From: Macrostomum hystrix
Taxonomy: Eukaryota; Animalia; Platyhelminthes
DNA: 64,000 nucleotides
Assembly: GCA_950097015.1 (NCBI GenBank)
Contig: CATNEN010000037.1
Span: 2,542,001 to 2,606,000 of the forward strand
Direction of reading: 5' to 3'
Shown: positions 13,159 to 26,030 of the stretch, piece by piece
Layout: each line of letters opens with the position of its first letter
How positions within the stretch are numbered: position 1 is the stretch's first letter
Position numbers and translations under genes: made by a program
Notes under the pieces: model-generated
The model's database searches: none
Told to the model about the DNA's origin: nothing
Seen by the model: only the letters and a program-made list of their open reading frames with translations

Positions 13159-16100
13159 ATGGCTGCGCAGCATCCAAATTTGCGTCAGCCCCTTCTGCTA
13201 GCGGTTTTTGTTATACTAGCGAGCTGTTGTGCTGCCTCCGAGACCGCTGACAAGAAAGCCACCGTTGACACAGTGCGACTGGAGCTGCCGCACACGACTC
13301 GCGTCGGGGCCAAGCTATACAGCAACGCTCCGTGGCTGTTCGGCGTCGACTTAAAAAACATCGTCGACGGGCATCACGAGTGGTTCAGCCTAGTCAAGGA
13401 CAAGGGCAATTATCACCTGCAGCTAAACGGCTACCTGCACAGGCTGGCCGGCCAAATGCTGCAGTTACAGCTTCTGGACTCAGAAACACGCCAGCTCGCC
13501 AAGAAGCTAAGCATATTCATCAGTAGCTCGCCCACAGCCGATCGCCATGAGTCGCCAGCGTTGAAGTATCTGGCTGCCGAGGAGCGGCAGACGAAGCCAG
13601 AGGTGCCAGCTCAGCCGGAGCGACAGCCAGAGCCCAAGACGCAACAGAAGCCTAATGTGCAACTACCACCCCTGCAGCCGCAGTTCCCCATAATTGGGAC
13701 AAGGAGCCAGGCCTTCAGCAGCAAGTCGATTTCCATGGAGTTCTTGAATCGAGTTCGGCGACAGACATCTACACCAACAGTTTTTCGCATCAGCGAGACA
13801 GTTGCCGGCGGCAGCTTTCTGTTCGCTGCCGTGTCTCCCACAAGTCCGCTGGAGCGCTACGTGTTCATGGTGCCGCCTCCAGAAGAGCTCAACATCGAGC
13901 CGACCACCAGCAGGGTGCTCCTGAAGTTTGACGAAGAGCTGAGCTATGCCAAAAAGCCGACGATCCCGTTCACCGTTGTCGTACTAACTGCCGATGGTCG
14001 CGGTGGTGAGTATGATACCCTATGTTTGATACCTTGTTTTATTTTTCCCTTTATTATTAAAAAAATTTACTTTTTTTATTGACGAATTCAAACGTCGATT
14101 TCCGCACTAATTTGAATTGATTGTTCGTATTTGGCATGCCTGATTGCCTGATAGCTCAGGGACCGTTGATACAAACCCGAATCCTTCTGTGACCGTGTGC
14201 CCTGTGGCAAAGGTTCACCTTAGCATTCCAGAATCTTTCAACTGCCAAGCATATACAGTCGCTGCTTAATGTTAGTCTATGTCCTAAATCATGCGTTGGG
14301 AGAGCATAGCCAAGGACTTCTATATAATAGCATTATATAGATGCTATTATATAGAAGTCCTTGGCATAGCTTTAGGCCCGTTGCATTCTTTGTCTACAGT
14401 TTTGGCCATAGACAGATTAGAAGTCAATCCAAACCAAAGCGATTCACAACCAACTGTTCATACATAATAAATGGAATAGGGTTGTATCCTAGTCTTCGGA
14501 CTCTCAAACTGAAGGTCGGGGTTTCGAATCCAGTACGCAGCCGTACGCAGCCGTACGCAGCTGTCAGATGCGCCACGCAAAAGCTGTGGCTGTGCTGTCG
14601 GATGCACATGAGGTCCCATTTGGGCGGATGTAATGAATTGTTTGCGTATTTTTTTATTTAAATAGAATTCAGCGAAAGTTTCCTGGTTCGTGTTGCGTTA
14701 TATGATCTACGTCTTAATGACCTGATATCCAGGTAACAAAGCCAGATCTTTTAATCTACCGAGTCATGAGTTTGTATTAATTTTCAAAATGAATCTGCAA
14801 CCATTTCGATTTTAAAGCACAATTTTGTCTTAATTTTTTAACCTTTTAGAATTTTTTTTGGACAATATGTTCTAAAACAAAACTATTCATTGTTTTATTT
14901 ACTTTAGTCTATCGCCTGATCGACTACGAGATCCAGGTACAAAAGGCTCCAGCGCTTAGCCCAGCGATTAGCAAGTACACGGATATAGCATGGACTGTGC
15001 TGTATCGCGAGACCAACACAATGGACGGAGCCATGCTTTACCGAATGGACGTAAGCCCTAATTACTTTTATTGTTTAGCGGCAAACTTTACTACTACAAT
15101 TGCTAGTAAGTAGTATGTAGCGCAATTCAATGTTAACAAAATCGTACAGGCAAAAATTCCAAGTGGTGAGACAGTAAATCTGACGTACGAGTTTATCCCG
15201 GGCATGGAGGGTCGCGCCGAGGGACGCTTCCGAGTCGTCCCCGACCTTGGCCTCGTAGTGACGAAACTCAACGACGGCTACCCCGGTGCGCCAAAGTTTT
15301 ATGATCTGGGCGTACGCGCGGTCAACCCGAACAGCACTTCACCGCTGACAAAGTACGGCTATGCCTTTGTTAGAGTCTTCACCACCTACCAACCTCCAAT
15401 ATTCAGCCAGGATGCCTACAAATTCTATCTCAGAGAGGAATCTGACCGTACCATGTAAGTGGAACGCGTTTAATTAAATTGTATTTCTTTGCTTTCTGTG
15501 TCTGATAGATGTAGCTCTTTTCGAGATAGTTAAAACTGCTGTTAAAGTAAATTTTTCTTACTTAGCATTTAGTGAATACGACATGTCATCAACACACATT
15601 TACAGGGTTGGTCAAGTCTCTTGTATATCTATCAACAATATGTGGTCACGAGTAACGCTGACGGCAGTTATGCAACCATCTGTATCGTCCATATTCTCCA
15701 TGGACTCTAACGGAACCGTGTACTCACTAGCCCGGCTCGACTATGATTTGCCGAGCAGCCCGAGGGTTTGGTACTTCTCCGTTCTCTGCACGGAAAATGC
15801 AACCAGCACGACACCAAGAGTGTCACAGGTGGAGGTGGCGGTGCAGCTAGTCGACATAAATGACAATCGACCGTATTTCTACATTGACTACTATGTGAAG
15901 TCCACTCTGACTCCAGAAAATCAGCCAATTAACACGGAAGTATACCGGGTTCAAGCGACTGACAACGATTCACCAATTAACGCGCTGCTAGTCTACACTC
16001 TAAGCGGTCCTGGCAGTGAGCTCTTCAATGTTTCTCGAGATCCTGCGACAAACGAAGCTATTTTAACCCTAATTAGGTGAGTTAAAAATAATGTTCGTTC

Positions 16101-19100
16101 ATTTGTCAATTTAACCCAGAGGTTTACTAGCCAAAGGATTTGGCTCTTAAAACAAATAAGATACTTCTATAACTTAACCAATCATGGCAGTGACCAGCCC
16201 TACAGATGACAAAGACGAATGCTCTTTTGTTTCATATCGATTCGCTCCCTTTTTCCTCAATCGAATCTTGATGAGAAGTTTATTTCAAAACGACTTTTAT
16301 TATCTCAAAATTAATAGTCCAATGGACTACGAAGCTCTACCTGGTGGCGGAAAAGAATACAAGTTTGCCATCGCTGTTTCTGACGGCGTCGCTGGAGTGT
16401 CGCGTCGACCAACTTCCACCGTTGTCATCGGCGTGCAGAATGTCAACGACAATGCACCCACTATCAGAAACTTTACTAGCGTGGTCGACAAGAATGCACC
16501 GGCAGGAACAAATGTAATCCAAATGCAGGTCTGGGATAAGGATGGCTCCAACATCAACTATTACTTCTGGACCGGCACTGGTAAGCAGGATCTCATGTCA
16601 TATCCTTTCGTGTGGGTGAATTTATTAGACGGAAATGCTTTTATCATTGAAAACAACTATCTATGTTTATATTTTAGCTACCAGCGGCCAGTATCCATCT
16701 GCCACAAGCAGTATGTTCACGATCCAGCAAGTCTCTGGTATGGTATCAATTGGAACAGCCGGTCTATCGAGTCTGCGAGACTCTACGTACGTGATTCCCT
16801 ATCGCGCAATCGATGACGGCACCTGCGAAGGCTGTCCGATGGGAACGCCTCTAACCAGCGAAGTCGGCTATCTTGTACTTACTGTAATCGACTCCAATAG
16901 CGTTGCACCAATCTTCCTCAATTGTCCAACTGGCTCAGTAAATTACACTGACAACGCACCCAGTGGGAGCACGCTGATGACAGTGAGATTTTTTGTTTCT
17001 AATCGGGTCTCAATTTCTAATAAGATAAACATGCAGATTAAATATTTGCGTGTCCCTGGACTTTTAGATTACTGCGATCGACCCTAGATCTACCGGCTCA
17101 AACATCGAGTATGCAATAATGCCGAACACGCTGAACCCTAATCCAGAATCCTACTTTGTAGTGAATTTGAATTCTGGCCGCATTACATCTAGCTCCGTGA
17201 TTAATATAGAAATGGCACCGATCGTAACATTGAAGAATTATTTTTGGCTGACCGTCAGAGCCACCAACGTGCTCAACAGATTGACTGCTTATTGTAGCTT
17301 TCAAGTTTCGTTCCTTGATATCAACGATGAGGTCCCTGTTTTCGACAGTGATTCGAGCATTGTTCAAGTAGTTTCCCAAAGCGCTGCACCAGGAACAACC
17401 ATTGGAAGCTTAAGCGCATTCGACCCCGACGTCCCTGGATCTCCGATGTCAACTGTGGAATACTTCATCGTGAGTTCGAATCCCCCAGCCGGTACGACCC
17501 TTTTTAGAGTAACCTCGTCGCAAAATTTAGGAACAGTGGCCACTTCTGGAAGCTTAACAAGTTATCCACACAAGACAAGGTTCGTTTTATCAATCGAAGC
17601 CAGAAATCCAGTTCCACTTGTTGACACAACAAAAACGTGGAACCGAATGATGTACACAATCTGGATATCAACTGATAACAGCCTCCTTCCTCCTGTTGTT
17701 GGTAAGCAATCTCGATGAGCTGAGAACTTTAAAGAGCAATTAAAATCCAATGTACTAAAGCTATTGTTAAAGAACAAATTTCACAATCCCTGAATTAACT
17801 TTTAGTAACGATTCCATCGGGCTACATTATTTCGCTTAACGAATCTGTACCTCCATCGACTCTTGTCACAACAATGTCTGCCGCTTCGCCTATTGGTGCT
17901 ACACGAACATATGAATGGTCAGAACCAACTAGGGCTAACTATGTGCCAACAAACACCGCCTTCGACCTGCACTTTGGTCTTCGTAGCGCAACGAGCACTG
18001 CATGTACTACTAACACCTGCAATGTTGCTGTAGTGGGTCAGTTCGATTATCAGAACTACAACGAATACTATGTACGTACTCGAGTCAGCTACAAAGACAG
18101 GGATCCAGATATTGGAGAAATCTACACAGAAATCTACAAGCGCGTCAGCATTTCTGACGAAAACAACAGATGGCCAGATTTTATAACGCGCCAGTACATC
18201 AGCACAGTCTTTGCTATTGAGAACTCCACGATGGGCACCGTGGTGACACAGGCCTTCGCTGTGGATCTCGACTCCGTTCCGCTTTACAAAAGGGTCTGCA
18301 ATACATGTTATAAATTTTAGGTTGAATTTTAATAACGAAATTTTCTGGTTTTACATTTTCAATATCTGACTTACAGGTGGTGTATACGCTAGATCAAACT
18401 GTATCTATGGACTATCGATACTTCACCATAGACAGCGACAACGGAATAATCAGAACTGCGGCCCCGCCGTCATTCTTTGACGCCGAGGGCAACAAGACGA
18501 ACTTCGAGCTTCAGGTTAACGCTAGTGACTCTTTTCAGTCCTCCCTGACGGGCGTCATCGGTCCGAACGCCAGTAAGCTAAACACATGATTAACAAAAAA
18601 CTTTCTTTCGTGTCTTAATAGGATATTATAAATATAAGACTATTATTTTTCCAGAAACTCTCCGACTGAGTGTTAGCACAAGGGACATAAATGACAATCC
18701 GCCGTTCTTTCCTAGAAGCAGCTATGCCTTCACAGTACGAGAGGATATTCCTATTGAAACGACTTTAGGTATAATTAATGGTAGCGATCCGGATGTACGT
18801 GACACACTGAGGTACAGCATTGAAAGTGGTGATCCAAAGTTCCAGTTCATGAGTGTCGTTAGTACAGGAGAGATCAAAGTCGCAAAGCAACTTGACTATC
18901 ACTTGATTTCGGTGAGTAATTCTGTTTACAATTTCTGTCATGTAACAACAGCTTAACACATTAGCAAACAATTTCAGTTCTATCAACTTGTCTTTGTCGT
19001 TACTGACGGAAAGAATGAGGCAAAGACGCAAATAAACATAACTGTCACCGATGTCGCCAATCATGCGCCAATTTTCATCCCAGGCACGTTATACAATATT

Positions 19101-22100
19101 ACGAATGTGACTGAGAACGCGCCGGCTGGACCTATTTGGCGAGTAAGTATTCAGTGCTGACCCTTGTTTTGTGAAACAACTCGGAGTAACTGACATCTAA
19201 ATTAAAAAGCACACAATGCAACCATTTTAATTACAGGTGACCGCCAGTGACATAGATAGTCCGACGCTCACGTACTCATTGTCAGGCAGGTGGACTGTTC
19301 CACCAACTAATTACTTTACAGTGGATCCAAATACTGGCGTGATATCCACGACTCGTCCCTTAGATCGTGAGGAGGAGCCTGTTTTCAGGTTTAACGCGAT
19401 TGCGTCTGATGGCACTCTGATCGGCTACGCTCAGGTATTTGTTTGGCCAATCGATCAGAATGACAATCGACCAACCTGGAATTTTACTGGCCTACACGGA
19501 AATCTTTTGGACAATTCACCGGTGGGAACGTTTTTCATGCAACTATCGGTAATTGATCCCGACACTTCAGACACCATTGTGTTCACTTTACTGCCTAACA
19601 CCACTGATGGCTCCGAATACGTTTCCGTAAGTCCAGATGGTAGAGTTATTACTACGGCGGCTTTGGGAGTTGCAGATAAAGAGAAACTGCCGCCTAAAGC
19701 ACCTAGGGGCATCTTCTCTTTCATTGTAACAGCCACAGATGGAATTGGAAGTCCGATAACAGGAACTGCTTCAGTTACCATAGTCGACATTAATGATAAT
19801 GCTCCAGTTTTCGATAGGAACTTATATATAGTGAATATTCCAGAGACAACGGAAATTTCCGACAATATTTTCACTGCCGCAGCAAGTGATGTAGACGAAA
19901 TCGACTTTGGCCAGTTAAATTATTCTCTGCCGGATAATCCAGAATACTTTAGTATAATGAATATTCCGATGATCAATGGAGGCGCTGTCCTTTTAACGAA
20001 GAAGCTTGACTATGACAATGCATCTCTGCCTCGATCCTTCTCTTTTCGCGTTGTTGTAACTGATAGCACTCCTCCGCCTTTTATGGCAACATGTACCTTG
20101 AGTATCAATGTGATTGATGTCAACGATAACACACCGGTAATTACGTTTAGTCCAAGTGCTATCATAACGAAGCAAGAAGGCCCATCAAGCATAGGAGCAT
20201 TGGTTGCCTTTACGGCGACGGATGCGGATCCGACGGACACTCTTCTTATCTTTTCAATCCTACCAGAGTCGGATCCTTATGGAAACCTGCAGCTAACCGG
20301 GGTCACTGCTAATTCGGGCACTGTGAATGTGCAAGTTGCGCTTGATCGGGAGGCCTGGAATCCCCCCAGCACCGACGATGCGGTGCACATGTACGTTCTT
20401 CTGGCCTCCGACCAGCGCGGCCGAACTGGCACGGCCACTCTTACGGTGACAATAACAGACATCAACGACACGCCTCCAAGTCTTGCTTCACCTAGCACCG
20501 TGACGATCATGGAAGGAAGTCCTGTTGGCACTGTGGCGCAGCCATCCGGACTCACAGGTGAAGACAAGGACAAAGTAGGCAACGGAGCACCATTTACTTA
20601 CGCGCAGGATATGACAGCAGGAAACAATTGGACTGGCAGATTTGCCCTCCTAACAACTGGGTCCTCATTTAATATTCAAGCTGCCAAGGTGTTAGACAGA
20701 GAGACCGATGGAAAAGAATTTCTTCTGAACGTACTAATTACTGACCGGGGAGGTCTGACTGGAACTGGAACAGTAACAGTGATTGTCGGCGACATCGATG
20801 ACAATCCTATGGTCTCAAATGGTTACAAACAAGTATATGTTTACCTTTACGAAGGAAACGAAGACTATTGTAAGCAGCTTATTAATATTTTCTGTAGATT
20901 GTGCTTCCTTAGTATCTAAAAGTTAATGTGATTGTTATGATTTCTATTGCAGGGTTTAATCCTGCAACGCGCCTTAGCCTTGGCTACGCATCTGTCATAG
21001 ATCTTGACGACTGGGACCGAGCAACGAAAACCTACGTGCTGACTACGACAACGAGGTATTTTGAGTAAGTTAAAAAACGTTTATTATTATCTATTTTACT
21101 GTCAACGCGTTTTAGTATTCTTGCGGCTCTAAAGACGCAAACGCTCTGCCTCAGAAGTGAAGTGAAAAATAGCTTTTTGTATATTTGCATGGTTTGTTTA
21201 GTCTATTTCCAAATCTTCCAATGTTGCCACCCATTTTCAATACTTTTCTAGTAGTTATAAAAGCACGAAAGCCCGATGGCAGTAAATAAATAACCCTCAT
21301 GAATTAATATTGTATCGCACCCTTATCTAAATTTAATTCTAGGCTGGGAGCTTTCGGAGAAATCATTCTGAAAGGCGGCACACCGGCAAGCAACTACTCG
21401 ATTACTGTGGAAGTCAAAGACGCGCGTGGTGGCACTGCCTACTGCCAATTCGTTGTTACCATCGTAGTCCTTCCAACCGATGCGATTGAAAACTCCGGCA
21501 GCATGGTTATCGACAACATGAACGCTGAGACTTTTGTTCAACGATTAGCCGTGCCTAGCACATACACCTTGGCAAGAAACACCTTTCCGGACTATTCCTT
21601 TTCTGCATACGATTATTTAAAATTGAATCTATCGAATGTGCTAAACACAACTTTTGAAAAGACGCACATCTTCTATGTAGCAGAAATACCTGGAACACGC
21701 AGTATTATTGTCCGTTACACGGCTTCGGGATCGCCTTACTACTTCTCTACCCGACTTGCAAGCTATGTTGCTCTAAACAGAGATGTCGTCACGAGAACTC
21801 TGTCAAACTATAGAGCCGTGATGCGCATGCTCCCACTGGACCAGTGTCGGTTAGAAAGCGACGGTGTTCCACTTTGCCGAGTTGGCTGTCGTAATGTTAT
21901 GGTTGTAGCCGGTAAAGATACGGTTCCCCACGTTTTTAACAGCACGGCACTTATTGGAATTAATAATACTGTAGTAACTGGATGTGGCTGCGCTTCTGCA
22001 GCAACTATTGCGCCAACTGGCTGTACTTATGGCACCTGTTTTCACGATGGCAACTGTACAAGCATCCCTGGCTCCTATTCATTCACGTGCTCCTGCCCTG

Positions 22101-24666
22101 CTGGACATGAAGGTCCACGATGTGAAAAGCTGGTCGCCGGCTTCATCACGGACGATAGTTACCTTACACTGCCGTCGTTTCCGGGAGCGTGCATGAACAT
22201 GCACATCAGTCTACACTTTGTCACTCTTCAGACAGCACCAAGCGTCCTGGTGTTTTATACTGGTGTCGTGAACGCCCTTGGCACTCCTTCTTTTGCAGAA
22301 ATGGATTTTCTTGCTTTGGAACTTATTAATGGTCGGCCCAAAGTAACTATTAATTTGGGCGCCGGTCCATCCGAGGGAGGACTTCATACTTCGGCAACAG
22401 CCCCCGCATTGAACGATGGAAAGTGGCACCGTATCGACATCTTTGTTAGAAATCAGGTGGTAATTTTAAAGGTTGACAGATGCGAGAATGCACCAACTGT
22501 ATTGGATGGCGATCCTGCTCCACCTAACTTAACAAGCTGCCAGGTGTTTTGGACAGTACCAGGTAATCTAAGTAAGCTGAACGTCGGAAGCTTTCCTGTG
22601 TTTCTTGGAGGTCGATACAACATCAGAAGTGCGACGCAGTACCCTAGCACATTAGCTAAAACTGGCTTTATTGGACAAATAGCAAAAGTGAGATTCAATT
22701 CCGTTCTTTACGATCTATATGCTGGTCCGCGAACATGGCATGCCGGTGCGACAAATAGCTACCCTCCAACACTGTCGTCCTGCACCTGGACTGACGGTAC
22801 AAGCAAATGTGTGAATGGCTGGTGCTGGGGAATCATTAACGGAGTGACGGCAAGTGGGGCCTGTGTATGCTACAATGGTTACCGACTGGACGCAGACGGC
22901 AGGTGCACGATACCACTGAACGTCGTTGAACTCAAATCTAACAGCTACCTGTTCTACAAAGTAAAGCCATCCCTCTTCAACGCGTACACGAAACAAGGCA
23001 TCAAAATTGACATCCAGTTTCGCACACGATCTACCTCTGGCACGCTTCTTTTCGTCGCCGGCAACGATCCGTATCGACCAGAGCATATGGATCTGAGATT
23101 AGTTGACTCGCGCCTCGTCTACCGTCACAATCTTGGCGACTACATTTTAACGACCCTAACGTTGCCGAATGGAAACGTGAGCGATGGCGCCTGGCACTGG
23201 GTGCAGATAATTCGCCGCCTCACAGATGTTGAGCTGATCATGGATCATGGAGAGCACTACAATTATGCCTATATGCTTGGAAACTACACATCTATTTACA
23301 ATAATATTGTCTTGAGTGATTTGGCCGCCGTTGGTGCTGTCGTCAGCTTTGAAGCAGGTTCCACAAAAATCGATCCCACTGTTAGCGATTTGCAGGACAC
23401 TTGCATCAGTACAGTAAGAATTAATGAGGCCTTCTTCCCAGTGCTAACAACTGAGAACTCTGAACCGGCAGCAATGGCGTCTCTTGACGTCAGTATTAAT
23501 GTAGTTACTGGATGCCCACCTGGCGTGCCCTGCCCTGCTGGTGTCACCTGCCCTGCAACCATGGTCTGCCTGCCAGCCTGGAGGCCATTGAGTCCACCTG
23601 TCTGCGGCTGCCCGGCCAATACCATACTCTATAATGGAGTGTGCTATGCAGCTGGTGCTTGCCTGTTCACTAATCCTTGCGTGAATGGAATCTGCTCAGT
23701 TGTTGGCGGAGCGCCAGTATGCACTTGCAACGCTGGTTGGCAGGGCCCAACATGCGCTACCGCGATATTTGCAGTCGGCGGTGCCAGTCTTATTGTCATC
23801 CTCGTATTGTTGGGTGTATTCCTTCTTCTTCTGTGTAAGTTTCTATAGCCAGTCAATTCCTTCTAGTTACGACCTTTTGAGTGACATTTCTAAGTGGTGA
23901 ATTAAAATATTCATTGTAGTGGCATTCCTGATCTGGTTCTGCTGCTTCGCTGGAGGCAAAGGTGAACCGCTGCTAATTGACGCACCTTTCGAGAATGTCG
24001 TGGATTACAACGAGGAGGGCGGTGGTGAGTGTTATCGATGGAATTTGATTTTGCTAAACTCAACAGTTTTATTGTTTGATCTAACAATTAAAAAACAACT
24101 TTCCTCACCACTTCAGGCCAAGAAGACAAACTCAACTTTGACATGGCTCATTTGCGTGTTATGACAACGGATACGACTATCGTGGCAGAGAAAGTAACTA
24201 GTGAGTAAACCTTCCAATTTTGAACTTCGTACTAATTTTGCCATTGTGAATAACTCTTCACTGATCTAGTCACTGATCTAATTCCTACTTCTCCGTGACC
24301 TAACTTCTTACAGATCTGCAGAGCTCGCGTACAGACTTCATGTCGCTACTGCAGAGTCGACTCGCCATCGCTAACGGAGGTTCAGAGCCTTCGCCGTTTG
24401 ACGGTGTTCTCGACTACGAGTACGAGGGCCGCGGTGCCAAAGCTGATGACCTAGACTCCATTGTGTCTGGAGATGACAATACTACGCAGAACTTTGACTT
24501 CTTGCAGTCGTGGGGTCCGAAATTTGAGCGAGTCACCACTATCTACACGACCTTCCCGGACAACGCAGACGACCTGCAGAGCGTGTCTGAGTTTGCCGGG
24601 CCAAGCAATGCTGCGCAGAGCGGCTACACCGTGACCACCACGACTACCACTACTAGGCGGATGTAA
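13159..24666 (+). CDS. Non-chordate classical cadherin, DN-cadherin-like/type III (~2950 aa, 17 exons)
   Basis: Exons 13159-14005, 14908-15050, 15150-15454, 15606-16076, 16318-16580, 16678-16982, 17068-17701, 17806-18293, 18377-18572, 18655-18911, 18978-19142, 19237-20869, 20953-21064, 21343-23834, 23920-24024, 24117-24200, 24314-24666 sum to 8853 nt in frame. Signal peptide, RVRR furin-like site, about 15-16 EC repeats (DxNDNxP, LDRE, AxDxD motifs), DLDDWD non-chordate domain motif, EGF-LamG-EGF-LamG-EGF, TM, p120 site YNEEGGG, beta-catenin site DYEYEG...WGPKF. Confidence 0.93.
14304..14370. repeat. Perfect inverted repeat (hairpin) flanked by 7-bp direct repeats in cadherin intron 1
   Basis: gcatagc + caaggacttctatataatagcat + tatatag + atgctattatatagaagtccttg + gcatagc. 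Confidence 0.85.
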
Positions 24667-25229
24667 CGCAGGCAAGAGGCAGCACGTTCCAGCGTGAAGA
24701 GGCGGCTATGATGTACACAAAATGAAGCAACAACTTTTTGTTCTTAGTACACAGCTTAACCATTTGTTAGCAAGAAAGTTATAACTGTTTTGCTTTGCAT
24801 GTGAGCTGGATTTTATCTAACTTTTCAAATTGACGTGCACTATTTAACCCTGTTTGCCGTGCTCAAAAAATGAAAGCATTGCACATGTACGTGTGCTAGA
24901 AATCATGCGACATTCCATTGTTTACATTGTACTTTTAGTTTACCAGTGTCCGATTTGTACTCCATGCATCGGTTTAGTGATTTGCCTTCTTTATTGTGAT
25001 TCTGATATACTGTGCCTTTCTATTGGGCTTCTCTGATCCCCGCAACAACTCGTTATTTGCTTCTTTATATTAAGCTCATTTCGTATTGTCGATGCCTGCC
25101 TAATTCTTTCAGAAAGCTAATTCTAGAAATCTCTTAAAATGAAAGCTCCATCATGAAAATGAAAGTAAAAAGACTTATCGCTCTCTCCAGGTGTGAGCAA
25201 CGAAGAGCAGTCTTTTTTATACATATATT

Positions 25230-26030
25230 TATCATTGGCATTGGCAGTCAGATAGCACTATATGTACTCTTACTCGTTTAGACTCAATGAGTAAATGCAA
25301 ATTTACTTTGCAAAATTTGCAACTAATAGGACACTATTCGCTCTTCATTAATAGCTGTAACTTCGTCATTTTATCGTAACTGAGTTACATTATAGCTGTG
25401 CTTTAACTCAAATTCAGCCTTCCCTGATATACGCTCGTTCAATTTTTTGTGACTGATTTGTTATTCCTTTTTGGCCTGTTTAATTTTATAGATTAGCCAA
25501 TAAGCCAAATGACAGTGTCACTGAGTTTTTGGTGTAGATATACCGAGTAAGCATTCGTCCCAGAGCTTGGACTCGCTAGCACTTGGAATTACTGATGACT
25601 TGTTTAAACCAGCGCCTTTTCCAGCTTTAGCTGATTCTTTCATTGCGAAATCCAGGCTCGTGCACTCAAAAGCTCCTGCTTTCTAGAAATTCATTGCCTT
25701 TCCAAAGACTCCAATCCTTATTCAGTACCGCTTGTACTTGAAACTGCAGCATCGACACAAAATATTTCAAGGTCTAAGCGCCATATCTTTCTTCGTCCTT
25801 GTTCCGAACCTACAGGATGAAGAATTTCAACAAAAATCAGACAGACATCTCGTTGAGTTTCTTTAATACCATTAAGGACGGTCCTCCGCATATTGTATTA
25901 TTCTTGTCCTCGTGCCACTCTTTGAAGGTTCTGACCATCCAAGCGGTCATTTTCTTAGTATTTTCGGGGTAATTGTCTTATATTTCCTAAGAAATATCCT
26001 CCTCCGTCGTTATTTTTTCTTGTTTACTCT
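25230..26030 (-). pseudogene. Decayed Crypton-like (DUF3504 / tyrosine-recombinase transposon) coding fossil
   Basis: Manual minus-strand translation with stops and frameshifts gives PENTKKMTAWMVRTFKEW, FFIL*VRNKDEERY..TLKYFVSMLQ, SLDFAMKESAKAGKG, ESKLWDECLLGISTP, DTVIWLIG, in the order typical of CryptonA/DUF3504 proteins (recognised from memory, not searched). Confidence 0.62.

Noticed and set aside
14715-14745. gacctgatatccaggtaacaaagcc resembling the start of cadherin exon 2 (possible duplicate exon)
   Set aside because: Similarity is too short and no open frame or matching acceptor supports it
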